Numbered from the stretch's first letter, positions 46,973 to 56,983 are shown. The stretch is 59,894 nt of DNA from Methanobacteriota archaeon (GCA_011523185.1 WTHI01000122.1:39962-99855); one strand, 5' to 3'. Notes: generated from the sequence alone by a model not told the origin. Numbers and translations: made by a program.

Positions 46973-47733
46973 ATTACAAAGGGTATCAGAGCTTTACGAT
47001 TCTCAGGGTAATCGGAGAACTCCTGTTTGTACCATCGATGGTGGGCAAATGCACGGGGTGCTAAGTTACAGAAAGTCCAGATGGCGAATGTAAAACCAGC
47101 TAGTGACCATGTCGCAATTGCGAAGCCAAACCATTCAATAATTTCACCAAGATAGTTGGGCGAGCTAACCTTTTCGAATAACCCCCCTCTGGGTATTTTA
47201 TAGCCAGTACTACCATCATCTCGCAATGAGAATAAGATATCATCCGATTTGATATTGATAATCATACCAAAGAAAAATATGACTACTCCAAAGATAAATC
47301 TAGGGTCTGTAACCCAAGATAATTCGTATCCTCCACTGAGGTCAAATAACCAAATTCCATTTAGAAGGCAGTTAATGGTGTTGAAAATTACTGCTAATAT
47401 TACTACACTTAACGGCATAAGTTTCTGTTCTAACTTAGCTCTATTTGGCCAAGCCCACGCCCGGTTTACATAATGGGCAGTCCAAATAGCCCAGAAAAAA
47501 AAGACCACAAGATCCCGGTTATGCCCTAGGACTAGTATAACAGCAAGTAAAACTGCGGGGATAGATTCCATAATTATCCAGCCTTTTTTGGCAGAAATTT
47601 CGACACCCCAACCCTTAGTTTTGTGTCTTCCGTAGGGTGCTTTTACAAATATCAGAATCAAGAAAACAATAACTGCTAATGTTAGCCATATGTAACATAC
47701 AGTTTTGTATTCTTCATATGATAAAATAAACAT
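46969..47733 (-). CDS. steroid 5-alpha-reductase / polyprenol reductase family membrane protein
   Basis: YKIPRGGLFEKVSSPNYLGEIIEWFGFAIATW...APRAFAHHRWYKQEFSDYPENRKALIPFVI is the SRD5A-family C-terminal signature. The start is at the ATG 9 nt after the upstream stop; the track ORF starts at TTG 47766. Confidence 0.8.
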   Translation of the reverse strand: MFILSYEEYKTVCYIWLTLAVIVFLILIFVKAPYGRHKTKGWGVEISAKKGWIIMESIPAVLLAVILVLGHNRDLVVFFFWAIWTAHYVNRAWAWPNRAKLEQKLMPLSVVILAVIFNTINCLLNGIWLFDLSGGYELSWVTDPRFIFGVVIFFFGMIINIKSDDILFSLRDDGSTGYKIPRGGLFEKVSSPNYLGEIIEWFGFAIATWSLAGFTFAIWTFCNLAPRAFAHHRWYKQEFSDYPENRKALIPFVI

Positions 47734-47741
47734 CCAAACAC

Positions 47742-48719
47742 CTACTGTTGATTCTGTTTTAACCAAGAAACGGTATCGTCTATTGTTTCTTCTAATGGCC
47801 GAGCTTGATGTTCAAGATGTTCGTTAGCCAAAGTTCCTGGAATATTTCTACATTGAATTGCTAAAGCTTTCAAACTCCCTCTACTAAAACTAGGTCTTTT
47901 ACCTGATATGCGGGAACTTATCGAGGCGAAAGGCAATGCTAGATATGCCATCCAAAAAGGCACTGAAACAAGATGAGTGCGATTACCCGTTATTTGCTTA
48001 ATCAAAGTCGATAAATGGGGTATTGAGGCCCAATGACCAGGTAAAATGTAATTCTGTCCATCTACACCCATATCCACACAATTTACAGCACTCTTGGCCA
48101 CATCACGAACATCGACCCAATTGAATCCATTATTGATAGCGAACGGCATATTTCCATTTGCAATATCTCGCAAAACCTCTCCCATTCTACTGGGTTTGAA
48201 GTCGTATGGCCCAATGATTCCAGTTGGATGTATTACATTGACTTCCAACCCTTGGTCGCGGTATCCAAGAACTACCTTTTGCGCCTCGGCTTTTGTTCTA
48301 TCATATGGCAAGGCTTTGGGATCGGTTACAAGAGGTCTCGCCTCAACCAGAGGTTCAGAAGTCGGTTGTTGTTCGAATGCATGCACGCTGGAAAAATGTA
48401 CAATTTTTTTTACGCCAGATTCTACTGCAGCTGTTGCTATTGAGCGACTTCCCTCAACATTGATTTTATGCATCAAATCCTCTTGTATCTTCTCTACTGC
48501 AACAAATGCAGCAGAATGAAATACAACATCTGAATCTGTCATAAGTGGGGCTATCTCCTTTGGATTTAGCATATCCCCTTTTACAAAATTCACATCCAAA
48601 TTATCCAATGCTCTAGTGTCTGACCGTACTAAGCAATCGACTTCATATCCTCTTGCAAGCAACTCACGAACGAGGTTGCCACCAACGTGGCCGCTACCTC
48701 CTGTGACGAATGCTTTCAT
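47742..48719 (-). CDS. extended short-chain dehydrogenase/reductase (3beta-HSD / dihydroflavonol-reductase-like)
   Basis: MKAFVTGGSGHVGGNLVRELLARGYEV is a Rossmann TGxxGxxG motif, and YDRTK supplies the catalytic YxxxK. Confidence 0.8.
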   Translation of the reverse strand: MKAFVTGGSGHVGGNLVRELLARGYEVDCLVRSDTRALDNLDVNFVKGDMLNPKEIAPLMTDSDVVFHSAAFVAVEKIQEDLMHKINVEGSRSIATAAVESGVKKIVHFSSVHAFEQQPTSEPLVEARPLVTDPKALPYDRTKAEAQKVVLGYRDQGLEVNVIHPTGIIGPYDFKPSRMGEVLRDIANGNMPFAINNGFNWVDVRDVAKSAVNCVDMGVDGQNYILPGHWASIPHLSTLIKQITGNRTHLVSVPFWMAYLALPFASISSRISGKRPSFSRGSLKALAIQCRNIPGTLANEHLEHQARPLEETIDDTVSWLKQNQQ

Positions 48720-48757
48720 GATATTGACTAAGTCATCATAACGATGAAGTTACCGGC

Positions 48758-49756
48758 TTAATTCAATGAAGAATGTGGCCTTTTCCCTTCGAAATGGTCC
48801 AGCAGCAATGTGACCATTTCTTCACCTATTCTTGATTGTGCCTCAAGGGTTGAGGCACCGATGTGCGGTGTTCCATGAAAGTTAGCGTGACTAATTAGTG
48901 GGTTATCAATAGCCGGTTCAATTTCAAAAACATCTAGAGCAGCACTAGTCAAATGCCCTGATTCTAAAGCATCTAAAACGGCGGCCTCATCTACAATCCC
49001 ACCTCTTGCACAATTAACGATATGGTTGCCACAACCAACGCCGTTTGGTGCCGATGTAGGCATCATCTGAATTCTATCAGAATTCACAAGGTGATGTGTT
49101 TCATCAGTCAAATTACAATGAATGGATATATGGGTGCACAAACTGAAAAGTGAATCTACATCATCATGCATTGTACAATCAAATTGTCGTGCGATATTTG
49201 TTGGCAGATATGGGTCGTATGCGTGACATTCCATACCCATAGCGACGGCTACGGTAGCTACACCTTGTGCGATCCTACCAAATCCTACTAGACCTAACCT
49301 CTTCCCACTTAATTCAGTCCCTTTCAATTGTTTTTTCTCCCACAATCCTTCTCGTAGACCGCGGTCGCCTCTGGTGATATGCCTACATGAAGCTAATAGA
49401 TGGCCTATTGTTAACTCAACAACGCTATTTGTGGAAGATTGAGGTGTATTACAGACAACTATTCCGCAACTAGTGGCGGCCTTAATGTCGATGTTGTCTA
49501 CACCAACACCGGCTCTACCAATGAAAGACAATTGCCCAGAATTTGAGATTACTTGCGAAGTTAATTTAGTAGCGCTCCTAACAACTACGGCATCAAAATC
49601 AGATAGTGCACCATTTAGCAACTCATCTTCGTTGTAGTGACGTTCCACAACTTCGTATCCAGCATTCAGCAATTTGTTTACCGCAACGGGATCCATGCCA
49701 TCGGTAACTGCTATCCTACCCACAGTCGCATGGGGTTCTAACAAAGAAATGAACAT
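48758..49756 (-). CDS. D-isomer-specific 2-hydroxyacid dehydrogenase (SerA-like, no ACT domain)
   Basis: GRAGVGVDNIDI, the NAD motif LGLVGFGRIAQGVA, NCARGGIVDE, ALDVFEIEP and TPHIGAST are present. Confidence 0.78.
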   Translation of the reverse strand: MFISLLEPHATVGRIAVTDGMDPVAVNKLLNAGYEVVERHYNEDELLNGALSDFDAVVVRSATKLTSQVISNSGQLSFIGRAGVGVDNIDIKAATSCGIVVCNTPQSSTNSVVELTIGHLLASCRHITRGDRGLREGLWEKKQLKGTELSGKRLGLVGFGRIAQGVATVAVAMGMECHAYDPYLPTNIARQFDCTMHDDVDSLFSLCTHISIHCNLTDETHHLVNSDRIQMMPTSAPNGVGCGNHIVNCARGGIVDEAAVLDALESGHLTSAALDVFEIEPAIDNPLISHANFHGTPHIGASTLEAQSRIGEEMVTLLLDHFEGKRPHSSLN

Positions 49757-49868
49757 TTGTCCATGTAAATTTGGAATTTATGTCGGATAATTGAATTAGT
49801 TTAGATTTCTAACAATATACCGCAAATAGACCGTTTATTTCTTGACGGTCGGTCTAGCCGTTTAGTCC

Positions 49869-50954
49869 ATGGCGGCTTCTTTGGAATCGCTAGTCACCGC
49901 CATTCTAATTCTACTAACTCCCGTATTCCTTGCGATTCCACTGTCATTAGGCTGGAAATGGTGGGTTGGGACTGAACCCGAACATGTGCACTACAGAGAA
50001 AAAGTCCGTTTAGTACTGGATGCAGGTCTACCGCTTAGTAGATTTAGGAAGGAATTAGACGCTGAGGCTAGGATAGTCAATATTGATCCAGAAAGACAAT
50101 CACGTATTGAATCGGATTTACTATTTCCGATGAAGGTCAAGCACTTCCTATTGATGCCAGGACTTGTAGTGTGGCCCTTTCTTGGATTATTTGCAGCCCT
50201 GTTAGCAATTCCATTAATGCCAATTTTATGGTTCTTCCAATGGCTATTAATCGAAAAAAGGGTATTGCTATGGATAGGAATAACTGTCCAAAAAATTACC
50301 AGATGGGAAATTATTGGTATACCGAGAGTGGAAGATGGTCTCAAGAATCCAGACCCTGTATTATCATCAATAAACCGCATGCCAATAACCGTATTTTTGG
50401 GTTTATTTGCATTTCTAATTGTTACCTATCTTCCTCTAGATACACAATCAGTGATGATTGTTTCAGGTGCAGTTTACATTATCTTAGTCGCATTCATTTC
50501 CGTAATTAGAGCCGGAACTTTGAGTACAATGGTATTTGCTGACACTGGAAATAGGAGACTTCTACCTATGGGTACATTTGTGGAAGATATGCTTGGTCCT
50601 TGGGTGGGAGTTGGACTGTTATTCTTAATTTCCCGACAACTTTTCTACGGGACAGAATTAAGATCGGGTGAAATGTTTGGAGATCCTGTAATTTTCTCAT
50701 TAGCGATATTGTTAGTCCTTTACACTGCAACAATGATTGGGGTTGCAGTAGAAATATCATTTTTCAGATCTAGGGCTGAGTCTGTTAGGGTAAAGTTTCA
50801 AAATCAAATGATTGATGAATTTGAACCACAATTATACTTATTCACCAGAAATCTTGGCATGCTCAAAATATCTAGATTGATGACCCTCAGACAATGGGTC
50901 GAACAAGGTGAAAAAATCAACCTTAATGACCTAGATAAACTCAAACGCTCTTGA
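49869..50954 (+). CDS. hypothetical polytopic membrane protein
   Basis: There are multiple hydrophobic segments and no recognisable motif. Confidence 0.4.
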   Translation: MAASLESLVTAILILLTPVFLAIPLSLGWKWWVGTEPEHVHYREKVRLVLDAGLPLSRFRKELDAEARIVNIDPERQSRIESDLLFPMKVKHFLLMPGLVVWPFLGLFAALLAIPLMPILWFFQWLLIEKRVLLWIGITVQKITRWEIIGIPRVEDGLKNPDPVLSSINRMPITVFLGLFAFLIVTYLPLDTQSVMIVSGAVYIILVAFISVIRAGTLSTMVFADTGNRRLLPMGTFVEDMLGPWVGVGLLFLISRQLFYGTELRSGEMFGDPVIFSLAILLVLYTATMIGVAVEISFFRSRAESVRVKFQNQMIDEFEPQLYLFTRNLGMLKISRLMTLRQWVEQGEKINLNDLDKLKRS

Positions 50955-51846
50955 TTAAAATCTCATCTTCTGTAGATTTTAACATTATATCGGAGTGAAT
51001 ATCTATTTCTTTGCGATGAATCAATATGCTAATCCATTTGTCTGCTAATGGATTGGAACTAATGACTTCCATTTGGTGATTTTCTGTAGTCTTTACTTTA
51101 CCTAACGGCAGTTGAACATTAGAAGAGAAACTGGAAGCGGTCTTGTTGATAGCACCCCTGCTCTCCATTCTAGCATGAATCTCCTGGCCGGGGTAACATC
51201 CCTTTTTTAGATCAATACGACTTTCTAGGCCCAAATCAAATGGTATCTTCCCATCTATTTTTATCGCTAAATCAACAATACCTGCCATCGATGTAATTGC
51301 TATACCAGAATCGACTTAACCACTTATGGCTCCAATTGTTTCGAGTGCTTGGATGACTTCACCATAATTTTTAGTTGGGATTAGCAATTCATAGATTCTA
51401 AAATCTGGCCCATTATGGATTATTGAAATCATTGAATTGTCAAATTCCGTCCAATGTTCAGATGTCAATTCAGTACAACTTATTCCAAACTCTTCTAGCA
51501 GGTTTTCAGGATTTTTACCGAAAATAAGGATACGACGAATTGCTCCATCCCCACTTGAAATTTGTATCTCCTCATTCCATGGAATGCCACTTGTAAGGTT
51601 TGTTCGTAGATTTTCGGATATAGATTCATGATGCAACAACAATATTTGTTCACCTAAATCTGCATGTAATTGATGGCTTGTTATGCGACCATTCAAATCG
51701 CAAATCAGGGATTCTTTTCGAGTCAAATGGGAATCTTTTGAAATGTCCAATGTTAACATTCGATTTAGATGGTTTCTAGCATCTTTACCTGAAACTAAAG
51801 TAACGGAAGTAGGAATCTCTACTATCTGTGCTAATGGTGGTATCAT
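50941..51846 (-). pseudogene. YgfZ/GcvT-fold folate-binding protein gene interrupted by one in-frame TAA (51316..51318)
   Basis: Track ORFs 51316..51846 and 50941..51288 are in the same frame. The N-terminal part has VSGKDARNHLNRMLTLDI (G.DA..fL....T.D). The C-terminal part has KKGCYPGQEIHARMESRG (KGCYxGQE). The combined length of about 300 aa fits the family. Confidence 0.65.
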
Positions 51847-51869
51847 CTTTCAGCCACCAATGAATAAAT

Positions 51870-52286
51870 TCAGCCGAATGATTGCCCACAGCCACATGCT
51901 CTATCCGCATTGGGATTATCCATGTGGAATCCCCCTCCCATTAAGGAGTCCTTGAAGTCGAGTTTTAGGCCGTTAAGTAACGAGCTATCGTTATCGTGTA
52001 TGAGGATCGTTACTCCATCAACATCTATTTCTTGAAATCCTTCTTCATTAGGGCGTTCTACAATGACCATGTCATAGAGATACCCTGAACACCCTCCAGC
52101 CTTCGCACTAATGATTAGCACGTGACTGTCTACTTGCGGACCAATTGCCGATTTAACCGCAGTTCTTGCTGCATCTGTAACTTCAATTTTGACGTCTACC
52201 CTTTCACTTACCGTAGCTATAGGCAGTGAGAAGCCACCCCCGTCAATTAACGACACATAGCCTACCTCTAGAGGCCCATATATCAA
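51870..52286 (-). CDS. IscA/ErpA/HesB-type iron-sulfur cluster insertion protein
   Basis: GGCSGYLYDM ... LDFKDSLMGGGFHMDNPNADRACGCGQSFG is the A-type carrier signature. Confidence 0.82.
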   Translation of the reverse strand: MIYGPLEVGYVSLIDGGGFSLPIATVSERVDVKIEVTDAARTAVKSAIGPQVDSHVLIISAKAGGCSGYLYDMVIVERPNEEGFQEIDVDGVTILIHDNDSSLLNGLKLDFKDSLMGGGFHMDNPNADRACGCGQSFG

Positions 52287-52347
52287 CCATTCCTGTGTTT
52301 AACTCCGCTTCCGTCAATCCAATAGAATAGGTCGTGTTAGGGGACAC

Positions 52348-53145
52348 GTGAGCGGGGCGAGGGGATCTGATGCAGTGCGCATCTCTAACCAGGGGTCCGA
52401 ACACGTAATGGATAACTTAGCTATTGAGGCACCGCTTTACATTGAAATTCTCCAGAAAGATCAGAAGTATTCGATGGGTATTACCATGAGGACTCCCGGT
52501 GAAGATCTAGATTTGGTAGTAGGTTTTCTCTACTCTGAGGGCATAATCGAAGAATATGAATCAATTGAAGATATAATGGAATTAGATAACACCGTCTCTA
52601 TACGCATAAGCGAAGATGTTGTAATTGACTTAGAATCTCATCGACGCCAAACCGTAACTACTTCTGCATGTGGGGTTTGTGGAAAGACTTCATTGACAAA
52701 TTTACATCAAATTCACAATGCTACACTCAACAAATCATTTCAAATTGAATCAAATCTTTTATCTCAAAACCTTGAATTGTTAAATTCAAAACAACCATTA
52801 TTTGAATTGACAGGTGGAACTCACGCGGCAGTAGCATTTGACCGAAAAGGGGCTGTGATTGCCGCTAGGGAAGACGTTGGTAGACACAATGCACTTGACA
52901 AATTAATCGGGCATATGATACGTAATGGAGGGCTAAATAATACGGAATCAATTTTACAAGTATCCGGTCGTTCTTCATTTGAATTGGTACAGAAAACTAT
53001 TCGCGCTGGTTTCCCAATTATGGCATCAGTCGGTGCCGCCAGTTCACTCGCGGTTGAATTGGCAAGAGAGTATAATTTGACTCTTGTTTGTTTCCTGAAA
53101 CCGGATTCTATGGTGATTCACTCAGCTCCTAATCGAATCATATAG
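52348..53145 (+). CDS. fdhD: formate dehydrogenase accessory sulfurtransferase FdhD
   Basis: SACGVCGK, GGTHAAVAF and EDVGRHNALDKLIG are present. The start codon is GTG. Confidence 0.85.
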   Translation: MSGARGSDAVRISNQGSEHVMDNLAIEAPLYIEILQKDQKYSMGITMRTPGEDLDLVVGFLYSEGIIEEYESIEDIMELDNTVSIRISEDVVIDLESHRRQTVTTSACGVCGKTSLTNLHQIHNATLNKSFQIESNLLSQNLELLNSKQPLFELTGGTHAAVAFDRKGAVIAAREDVGRHNALDKLIGHMIRNGGLNNTESILQVSGRSSFELVQKTIRAGFPIMASVGAASSLAVELAREYNLTLVCFLKPDSMVIHSAPNRII

Positions 53146-53192
53146 AGTAGAACAAATTAGTTGGAAATTAACAACAAAATGAAGAAGACACG

Positions 53193-55493
53193 TTGATTGG
53201 CTTAGACGTGAGCAGGGAGACAATCGCCACTCCTCCCCTAGAGGATAAACCTCCAGTGACTGGAAACACATCTTCCTCTGCTGCAGGAGCTACTGCAATT
53301 ATCTCAACAATTAAGCATGGCATATCTCGTTCTGGGATATCCAAATCAATTAGTTCATTTTCCAAAGTTAACAAATTTGGCGGATTCGATTGCCCAGGCT
53401 GCGCTTGGCCGGACCCGGATGACCATAGGACAATTGCAGAGTTTTGTGAGAACGGAGCCAAGGCTGTAGCAGACGAAGCAACGAAGAAGAAAATCACTGC
53501 GGATTTCTTTACAAAACATTCAGTACCCGAACTTACTCTAAAATCAGATGAGTGGCTAAATGCCCAAGGTCGCTTGACATCCCCTATGATGTTGGATGAA
53601 GATTCTGAGAATTATACCACAATATCTTGGCACAATGCTTTCGATCTAATTGCACATGAGTTGTCCCAGTTACAAAATCCCAATGAGGCGATTTTCTATA
53701 CCTCAGGTCGTACCAGTAACGAGGCCGCCTTCCTTTGGCAATTATTGGCCCGTGCATTTGGAACAAACAATCTACCTGATTGTTCGAATATGTGTCACGA
53801 ATCTTCTGGCTTCGCATTATCAGATTCTATAGGCATTGGTAAGGGGACAGTAAAATTAGAAGATTTCAATTCTGCAGACTTAATATTGGTAGTCGGACAA
53901 AACCCTGGCACAAATCATCCTAGGATGCTAACCGCATTAAGGGATGCAAAGAAAAACGGCGCATCGGTCATTTCGATAAATCCCCTCATAGAGACTGGTA
54001 TGAAGAAGTTCAAACATCCACAAAATCCCCTCGAGATGCTCGGCTCCGGCAAATCAATTTCAGACCGGCATGTTAGGATAAATATCAATGGCGACTTGGC
54101 ATTTTTCCGTGGCCTAAATCATGTACTGATAAAGAAAGGTTATTTTGACCAAGAATTCATTTCCACCTATACTTCAGGTTTTGAGAATTACCAAACTTCT
54201 GTTCAATCGGTTGATTGGATTGAAATAGAATCAGTTAGTGGAATATCTCGTAAAGAAATCGAAAATATTGCTGAAATTGTTGGCAAATCAAAATCACTGA
54301 TAACCTGCTGGGCGATGGGTATTACCCAACACCATAATTCCGTAGAAACCATTCAGGAGATGGTCAACACCCACTTACTAGGTGGTCATATTGGCAGGGA
54401 AGGAGCAGGGGTCTGTCCAGTTAGAGGTCACTCCAATGTACAAGGAGATAGAACGGTTGGGATCAACCATATAGCTAGTCCTAAACTGCGACAAAACATA
54501 CTCGATAGTACTGGCATAAGAACTCCAGACAACCATGGTTATGATGCAGTCAACGCCGCTCGTGCAATGATCGAGGGTAAGGGTAAGGTATTCCTAGCCA
54601 TGGGTGGAAATTACCTCTCTGCTATGTCTGACACCAATTTAATCGCAGAGGCAATGAATAATTGTGAACTTACTGTTTTTGTCTCCACTAAATTGAATCG
54701 CAACCATCTAGTTACAGGTAAGAAATCTCTGATACTCCCTTGCCTAGGTAGAACAGAAATCGACAACCAATCCCATGGAAATCAATTCGTGACAGTTGAA
54801 AATTCAATGGGGATAGTGCATCGTTCTGAAGGTCACATGAAACCCTCCTCCTCTGATTTGATGTCTGAACCAGCAATAGTTGCGGGAATAGCATCTGCAT
54901 TGGAATCAAAAATAGGAATGAGTGATTTAGGTTGGAATTACTTGGTTGAAGATTACGACCGAATTCGTGACTTAATCGAACAAACTATCCCGGGTTTCAC
55001 AGATTACAACTCTAGGGTTAGAGAGAAATCAGGATTCTATCTTCCTAACTCACCTAGGGATAGCTTGACCTTCGATACAGATACTAAGAAAGCAAACTTC
55101 AGACTCCATGAAATAACTAGTATGAAGCCTAATATTAGTGAATTTGTAATGATGACAATAAGGTCTCATGACCAATACAACACTACCGTATACTCAGGGC
55201 AAGATAGATACCGAGGAATCAAATCAGGAAGAAGAATCGTTATGATCAACCCACAAGATGCTAAAGAGAATAATCTTCAAGCCGGTGAACTAGTGGATTT
55301 GATATCTGTGTTCGAAGGCGAAAAACGCCAATCATCGAAATGGTATCTGGTAGAATATGACATACCTAGGGGTAATATCGCTACATATTTCCCTGAGGCA
55401 AATGAATTAATTCCGCTGAATTCAACCGCAAACGTAAGCAATACCCCTACTAGTAAATCGGTCATTGTTAGGATCGAAAAGTCTCAAGATTGA
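53193..55493 (+). CDS. FdhF/YdeP-family molybdopterin oxidoreductase
   Basis: GGFDCPGCAWPDPDD at the N-terminus is the YdeP hallmark. It is followed by MopB-like SGRTSNEAAF, CNMCHESSG and VVGQNPGTNHPR segments. The start codon is TTG. Confidence 0.85.
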   Translation: MIGLDVSRETIATPPLEDKPPVTGNTSSSAAGATAIISTIKHGISRSGISKSISSFSKVNKFGGFDCPGCAWPDPDDHRTIAEFCENGAKAVADEATKKKITADFFTKHSVPELTLKSDEWLNAQGRLTSPMMLDEDSENYTTISWHNAFDLIAHELSQLQNPNEAIFYTSGRTSNEAAFLWQLLARAFGTNNLPDCSNMCHESSGFALSDSIGIGKGTVKLEDFNSADLILVVGQNPGTNHPRMLTALRDAKKNGASVISINPLIETGMKKFKHPQNPLEMLGSGKSISDRHVRININGDLAFFRGLNHVLIKKGYFDQEFISTYTSGFENYQTSVQSVDWIEIESVSGISRKEIENIAEIVGKSKSLITCWAMGITQHHNSVETIQEMVNTHLLGGHIGREGAGVCPVRGHSNVQGDRTVGINHIASPKLRQNILDSTGIRTPDNHGYDAVNAARAMIEGKGKVFLAMGGNYLSAMSDTNLIAEAMNNCELTVFVSTKLNRNHLVTGKKSLILPCLGRTEIDNQSHGNQFVTVENSMGIVHRSEGHMKPSSSDLMSEPAIVAGIASALESKIGMSDLGWNYLVEDYDRIRDLIEQTIPGFTDYNSRVREKSGFYLPNSPRDSLTFDTDTKKANFRLHEITSMKPNISEFVMMTIRSHDQYNTTVYSGQDRYRGIKSGRRIVMINPQDAKENNLQAGELVDLISVFEGEKRQSSKWYLVEYDIPRGNIATYFPEANELIPLNSTANVSNTPTSKSVIVRIEKSQD

Positions 55494-56983
55494 AGCTTCG
55501 CAGATTTGTTCTGTTCTTTCAAAAGTAATGAACACCTATTCATTTGGGTTTGAATTAGTTGGGATTCTTCACTGTCCAATTCTCTATTCAAGGCCTGTTG
55601 AAAACATTTGATTGCGTCCGCAAAATGTTCCATCGCAGCGTAAGATGAACCCATATTGTAAAGCGTTCTTCCAGTGACCATTGTTGGGTCCATTGAAATT
55701 GCTTGATGGTATGATTGAATACTTTCTGAAAACTTACCCAATTGGTGTAGGGCGTGCCCTCGGCCATTGTAACTGCGCACGCGTAATTCCCGCTCATCTC
55801 GAGGAGTAGATGAAATTGCTTTATCAAAACAATTCAGTGCTTGGTCGCCCTTGTCCTCTCCTAACAGAGTTAGACCTTTGTTGTACCATTCTATGGCTAC
55901 ATTTACACTCTCTTCATCTATTGGTGTATTTTGTGCAACAGACATTTTTGCATCTTCAGCGGCGGCTACAAGATCAACATCAATTTCTGCTGCAGGCGTT
56001 GTGCTGTTTTTGTTCTTCAATTCCTCAGCCTTTTGTTTGCATTGATTGGCCTTTTCAAAGTGGCCAGCTGCCTCCAAAGCATCGGACATCCCTGACCATG
56101 AGTCATACGTTGAACCATAGTCTTGGATGATCTTTTTCCAGGTTTGTATAGCAAGGGCATGATTACCTTCTTCGGAGTGATTCTTTGCCTTCTGCTGAAG
56201 TACTACCAATGTATCTTCTAGTGAAATTTCTAGGGTATCTTCTTCCTCATCTGGAACAAATTCTGCATATGTGACTTCTTCTGTGGCAACTGGAGTAAAT
56301 TCGACAATTTCTTGTTCGGGCTCAGATAATTTTGTTTCTATCTCGGTTACTAAATCTTCAGCTAGGGTTAATTCTGGGTCTAACTGTAACGAGTAATTTA
56401 ATGATTGAATCGCGTCTTCACTTAGGTCTAGGTTATGAAGACATAATCCGCAATAGTACCAAATCATGGCGTCGGTAGAATAGTCGCCTTCTAACGCAGG
56501 CGAAATCAACTCCATAGCTGATTGAAATTCGGACTCTTCAATCAAGTGTGAAATCTCTTCAGTTAAATTGTCTGAATCAGTATCAACTGGTACAGCCTCC
56601 GCTAGAATCACAGGTGGCTCCTGTTCTGTTTCTTCTTTCTCTTCAATTACTATTGATGCCAAAGCCTGTAATTCATCATTTGACAATCCTTGTTCAATGG
56701 CGACCTTGGCATATTTTCCGGCTTTCTCCGTATCACGTTGTGAGAATAAGAAAGCTAAATTGGCAGCGGTAGGAGCGTGAAATCTGTTGATTAGAAACCC
56801 TCTTTCAAAGGCTACGATTGCCCCCTCAATATCGCCAACTGCATGATTAACTACGCCCAATCCGTACCAAGCGGCGGAATTATCGGATTCTGAACCGATG
56901 ATTTGCTCATATTCCGACTTCGCCGAAGTATAGTCCCCACTCGTGACAAACTGGTGGGCCCGCTCGAAAGCATCCATCGACAC
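55484..56983 (-). CDS. TPR-repeat protein
   Basis: There are repeated A..Y..A....P......W...G..... TPR-like units at both ends and an acidic central linker. Confidence 0.65.
   Translation of the reverse strand: MSMDAFERAHQFVTSGDYTSAKSEYEQIIGSESDNSAAWYGLGVVNHAVGDIEGAIVAFERGFLINRFHAPTAANLAFLFSQRDTEKAGKYAKVAIEQGLSNDELQALASIVIEEKEETEQEPPVILAEAVPVDTDSDNLTEEISHLIEESEFQSAMELISPALEGDYSTDAMIWYYCGLCLHNLDLSEDAIQSLNYSLQLDPELTLAEDLVTEIETKLSEPEQEIVEFTPVATEEVTYAEFVPDEEEDTLEISLEDTLVVLQQKAKNHSEEGNHALAIQTWKKIIQDYGSTYDSWSGMSDALEAAGHFEKANQCKQKAEELKNKNSTTPAAEIDVDLVAAAEDAKMSVAQNTPIDEESVNVAIEWYNKGLTLLGEDKGDQALNCFDKAISSTPRDERELRVRSYNGRGHALHQLGKFSESIQSYHQAISMDPTMVTGRTLYNMGSSYAAMEHFADAIKCFQQALNRELDSEESQLIQTQMNRCSLLLKEQNKSAKLQS

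Noticed and set aside
53168-53497. 109-aa minus-strand ORF at the 5' end of the YdeP-family gene
   Set aside because: The plus-strand frame already shows the family-typical AAGATAI...GGFDCPGCAWPDP N-terminus, so the minus-strand ORF is a shadow.
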